Source of the DNA: Thermodesulfobacteriota bacterium
Lineage (GTDB): Bacteria; Desulfobacterota_D; UBA1144; Nemesobacterales; JAJCZQ01
Assembly (NCBI GenBank): GCA_965203965.1
Contig: CBDBDR010000017.1
Location: 128,001 to 192,000 of the forward strand
Length of the DNA: 64,000 nucleotides
Direction: 5' to 3'
In this document: positions 32,844 to 42,138 of the stretch, one piece after another
Position numbering within the stretch: the stretch's first letter is position 1
How the letters are laid out: every line of letters starts with the position of its first letter
The notes under the pieces: generated by a model
Seen by the model: only the letters and a program-made list of their open reading frames with translations
The model's database searches: none
What the model was told of the DNA's origin: nothing
Made by a program: the position numbers and the translations under genes

Positions 32844-33230
32844 TTATTGTTTGGGTTGACATTTGCAAATATCAACCCTGATATATTCAACCACGTTGAT
32901 TACATCTTCAGGTTTAATTATGCCTTCCCATGGAGGCATAAAAGCAGATTTTCCAACCGACGCTCCACCTTTGCTTACAACTTTTATAAGATGCTCATTG
33001 CTCAAGCCCGAGACGTATTTAGCATCACTCAGATCCCTTGGCTTCGGATCAAGGGCAGCAGCAGCCACGCCGTCTCCCTTGCCACCCGGTCCATGACAGG
33101 AAACACAAAAGCTGTTGTATATAGCCTTACCTTTTGATGCGTCACCAGCCGCGTGACTATCTGGTGAGACAATGAAACTCAAACCTGAAAACATCAGGGT
33201 CAATAAGATCAATTTTAAGTTCATGTTCAC
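32844..33230 (-). CDS. Periplasmic monoheme c-type cytochrome
   Basis: Signal peptide, CVSCH heme motif, distal MPPW. Confidence 0.92.
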   Translation of the reverse strand: MNMNLKLILLTLMFSGLSFIVSPDSHAAGDASKGKAIYNSFCVSCHGPGGKGDGVAAAALDPKPRDLSDAKYVSGLSNEHLIKVVSKGGASVGKSAFMPPWEGIIKPEDVINVVEYIRVDICKCQPKQ

Positions 33231-33281
33231 GTTGTTACCCCTTGCTTTTTAATTAGCTATTAACCTTAACATCAAATTATA

Positions 33282-33310
33282 TTGATAAAAATTTTTTATG
33301 TAAGGATAAT
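33282..33310 (+). promoter_or_regulatory. Sigma70-type promoter of tRNA-Leu
   Basis: TTGATA-N17-GATAAT, 10 nt before the tRNA. Confidence 0.55.
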
Positions 33311-33320
33311 TATCGCTTAT

Positions 33321-33402
33321 GGGCGGGTGGCGGAATGGTAGACGCGACGGTCTCAAAAACCGTTGGGCTTTGCCCGTGAGGGTTCGACTCCCTCTCCGCC
33401 TA
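33321..33402 (+). tRNA. tRNA-Leu(CAA), CCA not encoded
   Basis: GGCGGAATGGTAGACGCG D arm, ACGGT-CTCAAAA-ACCGT anticodon arm, variable arm GGGC-TTT-GCCC, GGTTCGACTCC. Confidence 0.95.
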
Positions 33403-33448
33403 TTTTGGAATTTAGCTTATGCTGTATGCAGTATTAGGATAGCAAGAT

Positions 33449-33877
33449 ATGAAAAAATATAGTTTTGTTATAAAGTTGTTCATAGCGGTGTTTATTCTAA
33501 CGTTTATGGTCAGTGGTTGTATGACGGCTATGGAGCACCACCAAAACCTTCCACAAACTCAGGAAAGGGAATTCACAACTGGGCTTGTGCAAAAAGAAAT
33601 CAGAAAAGGTATGACCCAGGCTGAAGTAGCAGGATCTCTTGGATCACCGAATATTGTTACAAGAGATGAAAGTGGGCTTGAAACATGGATATATGATAAG
33701 ATCGCATCTGAAGTATCTTATTCAAGGGACGCCGGTAGTACAGGAATACTTGGTATTATAATTGGCTATGCAAAGGAAGCAGGAGCCACATCCACCACGC
33801 AAAGAACCCTTACGGTCATTATCAAATTCAAAGACAATAGAGTTGATTCATTTTCATACCATTCATCCAAGTTTTAG
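33449..33877 (+). CDS. BamE/SmpA-like lipoprotein
   Basis: Lipobox VSGC; IRKGMTQAEVAGSLGSP...ETWIY pattern. Confidence 0.75.
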   Translation: MKKYSFVIKLFIAVFILTFMVSGCMTAMEHHQNLPQTQEREFTTGLVQKEIRKGMTQAEVAGSLGSPNIVTRDESGLETWIYDKIASEVSYSRDAGSTGILGIIIGYAKEAGATSTTQRTLTVIIKFKDNRVDSFSYHSSKF

Positions 33878-33889
33878 TGGGAGAAATAG

Positions 33890-34399
33890 ATGGCTAATCA
33901 CAGTAAAAAATTTCTTGCCCTTTTATTTTCGGTTTTTTTAGTTTGGGGTTGTACTCCTAAGAATGTTTCGACAACTAAATCACAACTTGAAGTTCGTCAG
34001 ATACAAACAAAGGTTTTTCAAACGGATGACTACAGAGGTGTTCTAAAAGCTGTTTTAAATATTCTTCAGGATGATGGATACATAATAGACAGTGTAAATG
34101 ACGGATTGGGTTTTTTAAAAGCTCAAAAAGAAATTGACGTTGAGAGTAGATGGAGAAAGATAGCTACCTCAGTTTTTTCAGATGATGAGGCTAGATGGGC
34201 AAAACTCAACATAATTGAAGTTTCCTGCAATGTGACCCAATTTGGTAATAAAACAAAGGTCAGAGCTAACTTTCGGTCTAAACTAGTGAGCAATAGGAAT
34301 GAAGTTATTAATTCGTATCAAGTTGAAGATGAAAATTTCTATAGAGATTTTTTCTCCAAAGTTGATAAATCTATATTTTTAGAAGAAGAGGGCATATAA
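33890..34399 (+). CDS. Hypothetical lipoprotein
   Basis: Lipobox VWGC; C-terminal FYRDFFSKVDKSIFL. Confidence 0.7.
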   Translation: MANHSKKFLALLFSVFLVWGCTPKNVSTTKSQLEVRQIQTKVFQTDDYRGVLKAVLNILQDDGYIIDSVNDGLGFLKAQKEIDVESRWRKIATSVFSDDEARWAKLNIIEVSCNVTQFGNKTKVRANFRSKLVSNRNEVINSYQVEDENFYRDFFSKVDKSIFLEEEGI

Positions 34400-34415
34400 A
34401 GACGGAAAATTCTTT

Positions 34416-35582
34416 TTAGTATCTTGCCATTTTTGGATCAAACTTCTCCGCCCACTCATCAATGCCACCCTTCAGGTTAAACACGTCCTTAAACCCTTTT
34501 TCTTTTAAGATCGCTGCTGCTTTCATGCTTCTCCCACCATGATGACAATGAACCACAGTCTGCACATCGGGGTTTAATTCACCAATTCTGTCCTTTATTT
34601 CTCCGAGTGGAATGAGTTTTGAACCTTCTATATTGCAAATTTCGTATTCGTGTATTTCCCTAGTGTCAATTAATTGTATCTTCCCGTTGGCATTTTTCCT
34701 TTTTTCATAAAATTCTTCAACAGAGATGCTTTTTACCTGGATATGCTCTTTCTCTTTCGTTTCTTCTTTGCCAAGTTCTCCTCTGCCAATGCCGCAAAAT
34801 TCCTCATAATCAATCAACTCTGTTATCGTAGGATTGTCTCCACAGATCGGGCAATTAGGATCCTTTGCTAACTTCAGGATTCTCGGCTCCATTTTTAGAA
34901 CGTCCATGAACAGCAATTTACCTATAAGAGGTTCACCCTGTCCGATTATGAGCTTTACAACTTCTGAAGCCTGCAGGGTTCCCACTACCCCAGGAAGTAT
35001 TCCAAGAACCCCACCTTCTGCACAACTCGGGACAAGTCCAGGTGGAGGGGGTTCGGGGTAAAGGCACCTGTAGCATGGGCCATTTTCAGCGTCAAATACA
35101 CTTACCTGACCTTCAAATCTGAATATGCTTCCATATACATTAGGTTTTCCCAGCAAAACACAGGTGTCATTTGTCAAATATCTGGTTGCAAAATTGTCAG
35201 TGCCATCAACAACTATGTCGTAGTCTTTTACTATATCCATTGCATTGTCAGAGACAAATCTCTCATTGTAGGTTTGTATCTCTATGTTGGAATTGAGTTC
35301 AAGGAGCCTATTTTTAGCGGACTCAACCTTCAACTCACCAACAGTTTTTTCGCTATGGATAACCTGTCGTTGTAAATTGCTGAAGTCAACAACGTCAAAG
35401 TCAAGAATGCCGAGCTTTCCCACTCCTGCGGCCGTAAGATACAACATCAGAGGAGAACCAAGCCCTCCTGCACCAATACACAGGACTTTGGCATTTTTGA
35501 GCTTTTTCTGGCCTTCAAGACCCACTTCAGGCATTATCAGATGCCTGCTATATCTGCTTATTTCTTGATTGGTTAAGTTCAT
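34416..35582 (-). CDS. moeB: MoeB/MoeZ-type adenylyltransferase with C-terminal rhodanese domain
   Basis: RYSRH, GAGGLG, SNLQRQ, PCYRC, SCAEGGV, CPIC, rhodanese CHHGGRS. Confidence 0.92.
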   Translation of the reverse strand: MNLTNQEISRYSRHLIMPEVGLEGQKKLKNAKVLCIGAGGLGSPLMLYLTAAGVGKLGILDFDVVDFSNLQRQVIHSEKTVGELKVESAKNRLLELNSNIEIQTYNERFVSDNAMDIVKDYDIVVDGTDNFATRYLTNDTCVLLGKPNVYGSIFRFEGQVSVFDAENGPCYRCLYPEPPPPGLVPSCAEGGVLGILPGVVGTLQASEVVKLIIGQGEPLIGKLLFMDVLKMEPRILKLAKDPNCPICGDNPTITELIDYEEFCGIGRGELGKEETKEKEHIQVKSISVEEFYEKRKNANGKIQLIDTREIHEYEICNIEGSKLIPLGEIKDRIGELNPDVQTVVHCHHGGRSMKAAAILKEKGFKDVFNLKGGIDEWAEKFDPKMARY

Positions 35583-35762
35583 TTCATTTATAGACCAAAA
35601 TAAAATAAGCTATAGGATAATATTAGTTTCGCAATTTTCAATAAATTGTTTAAAAGAAGGATAGGTAAAAACTTAACACAAATCCTCTAACAACAATTAA
35701 TTAGAATTGGTGCAAAACAATAAAGAGTGAGCAGAAACTAAAATAAATTGTGAACAAAAAAT

Positions 35763-35969
35763 TTAAGAAATTTTCACTACTTTGGTTGCTGAAGGTCCCT
35801 TTGATCCTTTGGAAGATTCAAACTGAACAACTTCACCTTCGTTCAGGCTTTTGTAACCATCACCCTCAATCGAGCTGTAATGAACAAAAACTTCTTCCCC
35901 GTCATCATCGGAAACTAAAAAACCATAACCTTTTGTGCTGTTAAACCATTTTACAGTACCTTGCTTCAA
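35763..35969 (-). CDS. csp: Cold-shock protein
   Basis: GTVKWFN, KGYGFL, VFVHYS; start set at TTG 35969 after GGAGGTG. Confidence 0.95.
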   Translation of the reverse strand: MKQGTVKWFNSTKGYGFLVSDDDGEEVFVHYSSIEGDGYKSLNEGEVVQFESSKGSKGPSATKVVKIS

Positions 35970-36111
35970 TAAATTCACCTCCAAAAAAAATAACAATCGC
36001 TAATTATTTCACAGTAAAAAATTTTGTCAATGGTAATTTTAAAAATAATACACGAGCTTTTTAATGTTATATTTCAAGTCTTATCAATTTGGTATCAATA
36101 GGGGAATTTAA

Positions 36112-37263
36112 ATGGCAAGCCACATAGAAAACAAACAGGAACTCAGAAAATTATTTCCTGTTACTCAGGATTGCATATATCTTGATCATTCAGCCGTTGC
36201 ACCCATATCTTCAAATGCGTCCGAGGCTGTAATAAATTTTGTAAATGAGGCCTCATACAAGTCAGGCTTTGCGTATGAAAAGTGGGTTCAAAACATAGAG
36301 AGCGTCAGAGAAAGTTTTTCAAAGTTGATTGGGGCGGAAGCAAATGAGATAGCTTTTGTAAGAAATACCTCCCATGGTATTTCCCTTGTTGCATCGGGTG
36401 TGGACTGGAAAGAAGGAGATTCTATAATTATTTATGAAAAAGAGTTTCCCTCCAACGTCTATCCATGGCTTGGACTTGAGTCGGCAGGGGTGAAGGTAAA
36501 ATACATAAGGCCGGAAGGTGTTGAAATTACGCTTGATGACGTTATAGAGCTTTCAGATGCTTCAACTCGTCTGATTTCAATAAGTTCCGTTCAGTTTACA
36601 ACTGGTTTCAAGCCAGATATTGAATCAATAGGGAAATTCTGCCGGGAAAATAATATTCTTTTTTTTGTGGATTGCATACAAAGCCTCGGTATTGTGCCAA
36701 TAGATGTAAAGCAGTGCAAAATTGATTTTCTGGCAGCCGATGGACACAAGTGGATGCTTTCTCCTGAGGGAACGGGGATTTTTTACTGTAACAAAGAAGT
36801 TACAGACCGTGTTAAACCACCTTTGATCGGTTGGAAGACCGTTGTTAATGAACATGAATATGAAGAGATCGATTTCTCGGTAAAACCAAATGCTCTGAAG
36901 TTTGAGGAAGGCTCCCTTCCAGTTGCAGGTATCCTCGCACTGGGTGCTTCGCTTGAGCTACTGATGAGCGTGGGTATTGAAAAGATCAACAAAGAAATAT
37001 ACAGATTAGGTGAGTTAATCATAGATAATGCTAAAAGCAGGGGCTTTCACCTAATAACTCCAGAGGATAAGAGTAAAAGAGGAGGTGCAATAACTTTCTC
37101 GGGGTCGTTTGATCCTCATAAACTCAGACTGGAACTGCGGGAGAGACGTATAATGGTAAACGTAAGGGGGGGTGGGTTGAGAGTATCTCCTCATTTTTAT
37201 AATACAGACGAAGAAATATCATCATTATTTGCTGAAATAGATAATACAGTAAAATTTTCCTGA
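36112..37263 (+). CDS. Class V PLP-dependent aminotransferase (cysteine desulfurase-like, no obvious catalytic Cys loop)
   Basis: YLDHSA, DCIQSLG, DGHKW, LRVSPHFYN. Confidence 0.88.
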   Translation: MASHIENKQELRKLFPVTQDCIYLDHSAVAPISSNASEAVINFVNEASYKSGFAYEKWVQNIESVRESFSKLIGAEANEIAFVRNTSHGISLVASGVDWKEGDSIIIYEKEFPSNVYPWLGLESAGVKVKYIRPEGVEITLDDVIELSDASTRLISISSVQFTTGFKPDIESIGKFCRENNILFFVDCIQSLGIVPIDVKQCKIDFLAADGHKWMLSPEGTGIFYCNKEVTDRVKPPLIGWKTVVNEHEYEEIDFSVKPNALKFEEGSLPVAGILALGASLELLMSVGIEKINKEIYRLGELIIDNAKSRGFHLITPEDKSKRGGAITFSGSFDPHKLRLELRERRIMVNVRGGGLRVSPHFYNTDEEISSLFAEIDNTVKFS

Positions 37264-37362
37264 ATTTTCCCAAAATAACGGGGGAAGACAAGACGAAGTA
37301 GTTTTGTTAAGAATTATGGATTGGGTATGTTACACAATTACACCATTTTGGAGGGGAGAGTT

Positions 37363-39855
37363 ATGATTACTGTTAAAGACCATTGGTTTAAATGTCAATT
37401 AAACTTTCTTATCGCTTTTTTCTTGCTTGTGAGTGCTGGTTTGATTGCACTGACCACGTCCGCTGGTGCACAAGGGGACGATCCACAAGAAGATAGTTTG
37501 GATTCTGTTTTTCTCGAGGAGATAGTGGTTACGGCAAGGAAGCGGGAGGAATTGATCCAGGAAGTGCCTTTATCTATATCTTATTTTAGCTCCGAGAAGA
37601 TAGAAGACCTGAAAGTTCGTGACCTAACCAGTTTGTCGGTGAATATGCCAAATGTGGCATTGGATGATGTTGGCACGATCCAGGGGATTGCCAATTTTTC
37701 AATTCGCGGTTTGAGTATCAGCAGTTCCATACCTTCCATTGATCCAACCACAGGAGTTTTTATTGATGGTATATACATGGGTTTGAATCCTTCAGTGTTG
37801 TTTGACACTTTTGATTTGGAGAGCATAGAAGTGCTGCGGGGTCCACAGGGAACGCTGTTTGGCAAAAATGTTACGGGAGGTGCAATATTACTGAATACAA
37901 AAAAGCCAGGCGATCAATTTGAATTTTCTTTCCGAACCTCAATTGAGGGAGGAGGTGAGAGTCCGAATGCTTATTTAACTACAAGCGTTGGTGGTCCGGT
38001 AAGTGATTCAATAGGCTTCAGGTTGTCATTTTATACCAATCAGGACGAGGGTTGGTTTAAGAATGCCTACACAGGTGATGATTTTGGTGAAGCGGATACT
38101 GTAATGTTTCGTCCGGTTCTGAGCTGGCAGCCAACTGATAATATAAGCCTGGTTTTGCGATATGAATATCAGGATATCAATACTGATGGTCCAGCGGGAC
38201 AGAGTCTCAAGAATGGACGGGATAACCCTACTACATTGTTAGGTTTGCTAAATCCAGCTCTTGCACCTGACCGGTTACCTTATTTTGACCAAGATAGCCA
38301 TGATTTCAGCATTGACGAGGAGGGTTTCAGGACAAACAAGAACCACTTTTTTAGTGCTCGGGCAGATTGGGACATTGATTTTGGAGAGGGTACTATAACC
38401 AACATTTTTGGCTGGTTTGATTCTAAAGGATCAGCCCTGATAGACCTTGATGCTTCACCGTCTGACATTATTAAAGTAAATGCAGCGTATGAAGCGAGGC
38501 AGTTCAGCAATGAGTTACGCTACACTGGCACCTTCTATGACAGGTTGCAACTTACCTCCGGTTTTTACTACTATAACAGTTCTACCGATTATAATGAGCG
38601 ACGCTTGGTTCTTGGAGATTTTTTAACCTTCTTGAGCTCACCTACAGGGCAAGGATTACTAACTACTTTGCCTAGCCTAGCACAAATGGGAGTTATACCT
38701 CCTGGAGCTGCTGAACTTTTTGGAGGTTTGAATCAATTGGTTCAAAATGGTGCGCGTAATTTGACCCAGAATGGGGGAGGTAATCACGATGTGGAATCGC
38801 TTGCATTTTTCATGTCATTGGATTACAAGATTACCAGCCGGTTGACGCTGATTGCTGGGATGCGATACACTAATGAAGAAAAAAAAGCTCGTATCAATTA
38901 TTTGGAAGCTGATTTAAGTTCAATTATACAGGAGAGTTTAGTTCCTGTTCCTTGCGATATAGTTGAAGGACCTGACTGTGAGGTTGATTTTCAAGACAGA
39001 GAAAGTTGGAATGATCTATCGCCCAAAGTTGGTCTTTCATTACGCCTCAGGGATGATGTAAATCTTTATGGACACTGGACAAGAGGCTTTCGATCAGGGG
39101 GTTACAACCTTCGCCATGTTGGACCCAGCCCTGGAATAGAACCTGGCCCGTACGATCAGGAACGGATAGACAGCTTTGAAACCGGCTTCAAATTTTTTGG
39201 ACAACGTGCCCGCTTCAGCAGTGCTTTCTTTTATAATTTGATTAAGGATTTTCAGCAGGAAGTGCCCAAAACTGATCCGATCGCCGCCGTAGTGCAAATC
39301 ATAGAGAACACCGCCGACGCGGAGATATTTGGTTTTGAATTGGACGGATCATTTGCTTTGACGAGGGGTTTTTTCCTGCTTGCTTCTTTGGGATACATAA
39401 ACGCAGAATACACCGATGCCAAGTTTGATTTGAATGACGATGGAGCCATAGACGGCAGGGATGAGGATCTTGAGTTGCCACGCGCTGCCAAGTGGACTTA
39501 CAGCGTGGGTATGCTTCATAACTTCAAGATCGGCAGTCATGGTGGGGTTGCCTCTCGCATTAACTACGCCTACAGGGATGACTCATTTCTTACTCACGAT
39601 AACCGAGGCATTTTAAGGGAGCAAAATATAATAGATGCAGCTATACAGTTTTACTCTAACGGGGGTCAGTGGTCAATTAGTTTATACGGCAAAAACCTTC
39701 TTAATGAAGTCAAACACGGAGGGCATAGTTTTCTACCGCAGGGATTGGGAACTGTGGGGGAATTGGGATCTGTAGAAAGATTAGGTGGTACCTTTTCCCC
39801 GCTGGCAAAGGGCAGGATATATGGTTTAGAATTAGCCTACAAGTTTTCAAAGTGA
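37363..39855 (+). CDS. TonB-dependent outer membrane receptor
   Basis: Signal peptide, LEEIVVTARKRE, IEVLRGPQGTLFGKN plug motif, YGKNLLNE, GRIYGLELAYKF; start set at ATG after GGAGGGGAGAG. Confidence 0.93.
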   Translation: MITVKDHWFKCQLNFLIAFFLLVSAGLIALTTSAGAQGDDPQEDSLDSVFLEEIVVTARKREELIQEVPLSISYFSSEKIEDLKVRDLTSLSVNMPNVALDDVGTIQGIANFSIRGLSISSSIPSIDPTTGVFIDGIYMGLNPSVLFDTFDLESIEVLRGPQGTLFGKNVTGGAILLNTKKPGDQFEFSFRTSIEGGGESPNAYLTTSVGGPVSDSIGFRLSFYTNQDEGWFKNAYTGDDFGEADTVMFRPVLSWQPTDNISLVLRYEYQDINTDGPAGQSLKNGRDNPTTLLGLLNPALAPDRLPYFDQDSHDFSIDEEGFRTNKNHFFSARADWDIDFGEGTITNIFGWFDSKGSALIDLDASPSDIIKVNAAYEARQFSNELRYTGTFYDRLQLTSGFYYYNSSTDYNERRLVLGDFLTFLSSPTGQGLLTTLPSLAQMGVIPPGAAELFGGLNQLVQNGARNLTQNGGGNHDVESLAFFMSLDYKITSRLTLIAGMRYTNEEKKARINYLEADLSSIIQESLVPVPCDIVEGPDCEVDFQDRESWNDLSPKVGLSLRLRDDVNLYGHWTRGFRSGGYNLRHVGPSPGIEPGPYDQERIDSFETGFKFFGQRARFSSAFFYNLIKDFQQEVPKTDPIAAVVQIIENTADAEIFGFELDGSFALTRGFFLLASLGYINAEYTDAKFDLNDDGAIDGRDEDLELPRAAKWTYSVGMLHNFKIGSHGGVASRINYAYRDDSFLTHDNRGILREQNIIDAAIQFYSNGGQWSISLYGKNLLNEVKHGGHSFLPQGLGTVGELGSVERLGGTFSPLAKGRIYGLELAYKFSK

Positions 39856-39888
39856 TTTCATCATGTAGAGATTGATATAGGCTGACGT

Positions 39889-40740
39889 ATGATAAGAAGT
39901 ATAAAGGATAAGGTGTGGGTGTTTGACGTGGAGTGGGTTCCTGATCCAGTTGCTGGAAGATTAGTGCATAAACTTTCCAAAGATAGTTCCGACAGGGAGG
40001 TTTTAAATAAGATGTGGGAAGCAGGTGATGCCACTGATGATAATCCCATGCCGTTCTTGAAAACGATAGTATCTAGAGTCGTGTCTTTATCCGCGGTTAT
40101 AAGACATAAGGAAGGAGACGACATCCGTCTTGATCTGCGCTCGCTGCCTTCCATTCCCGTCAATGAAAGTGAGGCGAATGAGAAACATATAATTCAGGTT
40201 TTTCTTGACGCGATTGGAAAGGAAAAGCCTCAGGTTGTGGGATATAACTCGGTGTCCGCGGATCTGAAAATCCTGATACAGCGAGGCATAGCCAATGGAA
40301 TTCAGGCAAAGGAGTTTTCTAAGAGGCCTGATAAGCCGTGGGATCCCATACCAGATTACTTTTCAGAAAGGAATGACTACAACGTGGATCTGATGAGGGT
40401 TGTAAGCGGATGGGGTAGATTTACGCCGTCATTAAATGAAATTGCACTTGTTTCAGGTATTCCAGGCAAACTGGAAGTTGAGGGACAGGAAGTAGCTCTG
40501 ATGTGGTTAGATGGCAGGATAGATGATATTATAGCTTATAATGAGTTTGATGCTTTAACAACCTATCTTTTATGGCTGAGGGTGGTGCACTTTGCCGGAT
40601 TGTTCAATGGCGAGCAATACTTGGAAGAGCAGGATAAAGTGGAACAGTTAATTATACGTGAATCGGAAAAAGAAGAGAGAAAGCATCTGATTAAATTTTT
40701 AGAAGAGTGGAAAAGGTTAAGAAATATCCACAGTAACTGA
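39889..40740 (+). CDS. PolB-like 3'-5' exonuclease (DEDD)
   Basis: VFDVEWVPD, GYNS..ADL, YNEFD. Confidence 0.82.
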   Translation: MIRSIKDKVWVFDVEWVPDPVAGRLVHKLSKDSSDREVLNKMWEAGDATDDNPMPFLKTIVSRVVSLSAVIRHKEGDDIRLDLRSLPSIPVNESEANEKHIIQVFLDAIGKEKPQVVGYNSVSADLKILIQRGIANGIQAKEFSKRPDKPWDPIPDYFSERNDYNVDLMRVVSGWGRFTPSLNEIALVSGIPGKLEVEGQEVALMWLDGRIDDIIAYNEFDALTTYLLWLRVVHFAGLFNGEQYLEEQDKVEQLIIRESEKEERKHLIKFLEEWKRLRNIHSN

Positions 40741-40747
40741 CCCTAAA

Positions 40748-41689
40748 ATGAAGCAAATTGCCGTTTTATCCTTGTATAAATTTGTGGAGATAAAGGATAC
40801 GGAATCATTAAAGGAGCGATTGCTTCAAAAATGCAATGAACTTAACATAAAAGGAACTTTTATAATAGCAAGTGAGGGAATTAACGGCACTATTGCCGCA
40901 AGTATAAGCAGCGTTGAAGCCATGGTCGCGTTTTTGAGTATTGATGTGGGGTTTGGCAATTTTGAACGTAAATATTCCTACGATTGTAAAATTCCTTTTT
41001 ACAGAATGAAGGTAAAGATCAAAGATGAAATTATACCGCTTGGTGTTGGGGGAGTTGATCCGAGTGAACAAGTTGGGACTTATGTAAACCCGTCCGATTG
41101 GAACGAGCTTGTTGAAGATGACGGAACCTTATTGGTTGACACTAGAAATGATTATGAAGCAGAGATAGGAACATTCAAAAATGCGTTAAATCCTAAAACA
41201 CAAAAATTCAGGGATTTTCCTGAATTTATTAAAGAAAGACTTGACCCTAAAAAACACAGCAGAGTTGCATTGTTCTGCACGGGTGGTATCAGGTGTGAAA
41301 AAGCCTCATCCTATATGCTAAGGGAAGGTTTTACGGATGTTTACCAGCTTAAAGGGGGAATACTTAAGTATCTTGAGGAAGTGCCAAGAGGGCAAAGCAC
41401 TTGGGAAGGTGAATGCTTTGTTTTTGATAACAGAGCATCAGTGGACCATGATCTGCAAAATGGCGTCTATGAGTTGTGCCACAACTGCCGTTATCCAGTT
41501 TCTCCTAGAGATAAGGATTCTGAATACTATGAAGAGGGGATATCATGTTCGAGGTGTTTTGATAAGATCACTAGCAGCAGAAGAAAGTCGCTTGAAGAAA
41601 GAAATAAGCAGATTGAACTTGCAAGGAATAGAGGTCAACAACATTTGGGTTTTAACCAGAAATTGAGAAAAAATTCATCCATTACCTGA
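40748..41689 (+). CDS. trhO: Rhodanese-related tRNA U34 hydroxylase TrhO (YceA/UPF0176)
   Basis: EGINGT, DTRNDYE, FCTGGIRCEKA, GECFVFD. Confidence 0.9.
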   Translation: MKQIAVLSLYKFVEIKDTESLKERLLQKCNELNIKGTFIIASEGINGTIAASISSVEAMVAFLSIDVGFGNFERKYSYDCKIPFYRMKVKIKDEIIPLGVGGVDPSEQVGTYVNPSDWNELVEDDGTLLVDTRNDYEAEIGTFKNALNPKTQKFRDFPEFIKERLDPKKHSRVALFCTGGIRCEKASSYMLREGFTDVYQLKGGILKYLEEVPRGQSTWEGECFVFDNRASVDHDLQNGVYELCHNCRYPVSPRDKDSEYYEEGISCSRCFDKITSSRRKSLEERNKQIELARNRGQQHLGFNQKLRKNSSIT

Positions 41690-41698
41690 TTGATATTT

Positions 41699-42100
41699 AT
41701 GGAAGATCATTCCATTATACTTTTTGACGGTGTTTGTAATTTATGCAACCGTTTTGTTGTCTTCGTGATCAGAAAAGACACTAAGATAAAGTTTAAATTT
41801 GCTTCTTTGCAATCTGAGGTGGGTAAAAGAATAGAGGAAAGCATTGATATTGAATCGGAAGAATCTCCTAATTCTGTTGTCTTTGTAGATAAAAATAAAT
41901 ATTACGTGAAGTCTGATGCAGTGTTAAGGATTGTGAAAGAGCTTGGCGGTGTCTGGTCTTTGTCTTACTTTCTTTTTATTGTTCCACGTCCAATTCGGGA
42001 TTTTTTTTATGACATGGTGGCAAAAAATCGTTACAGGTTATTTGGTAGAAAGTTTCATTGTATGGTTCCCAATTCTGATTTAAAAGAGCGTTTTCTTTAA
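41699..42100 (+). CDS. DCC-family thiol-disulfide oxidoreductase
   Basis: FDGVCNLCN, FASLQS, VAKNRYRLFG. Confidence 0.9.
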   Translation: MEDHSIILFDGVCNLCNRFVVFVIRKDTKIKFKFASLQSEVGKRIEESIDIESEESPNSVVFVDKNKYYVKSDAVLRIVKELGGVWSLSYFLFIVPRPIRDFFYDMVAKNRYRLFGRKFHCMVPNSDLKERFL

Positions 42101-42138
42101 TTAATACCCAATATTTATTTACGTTATTTTGTTGAAGA

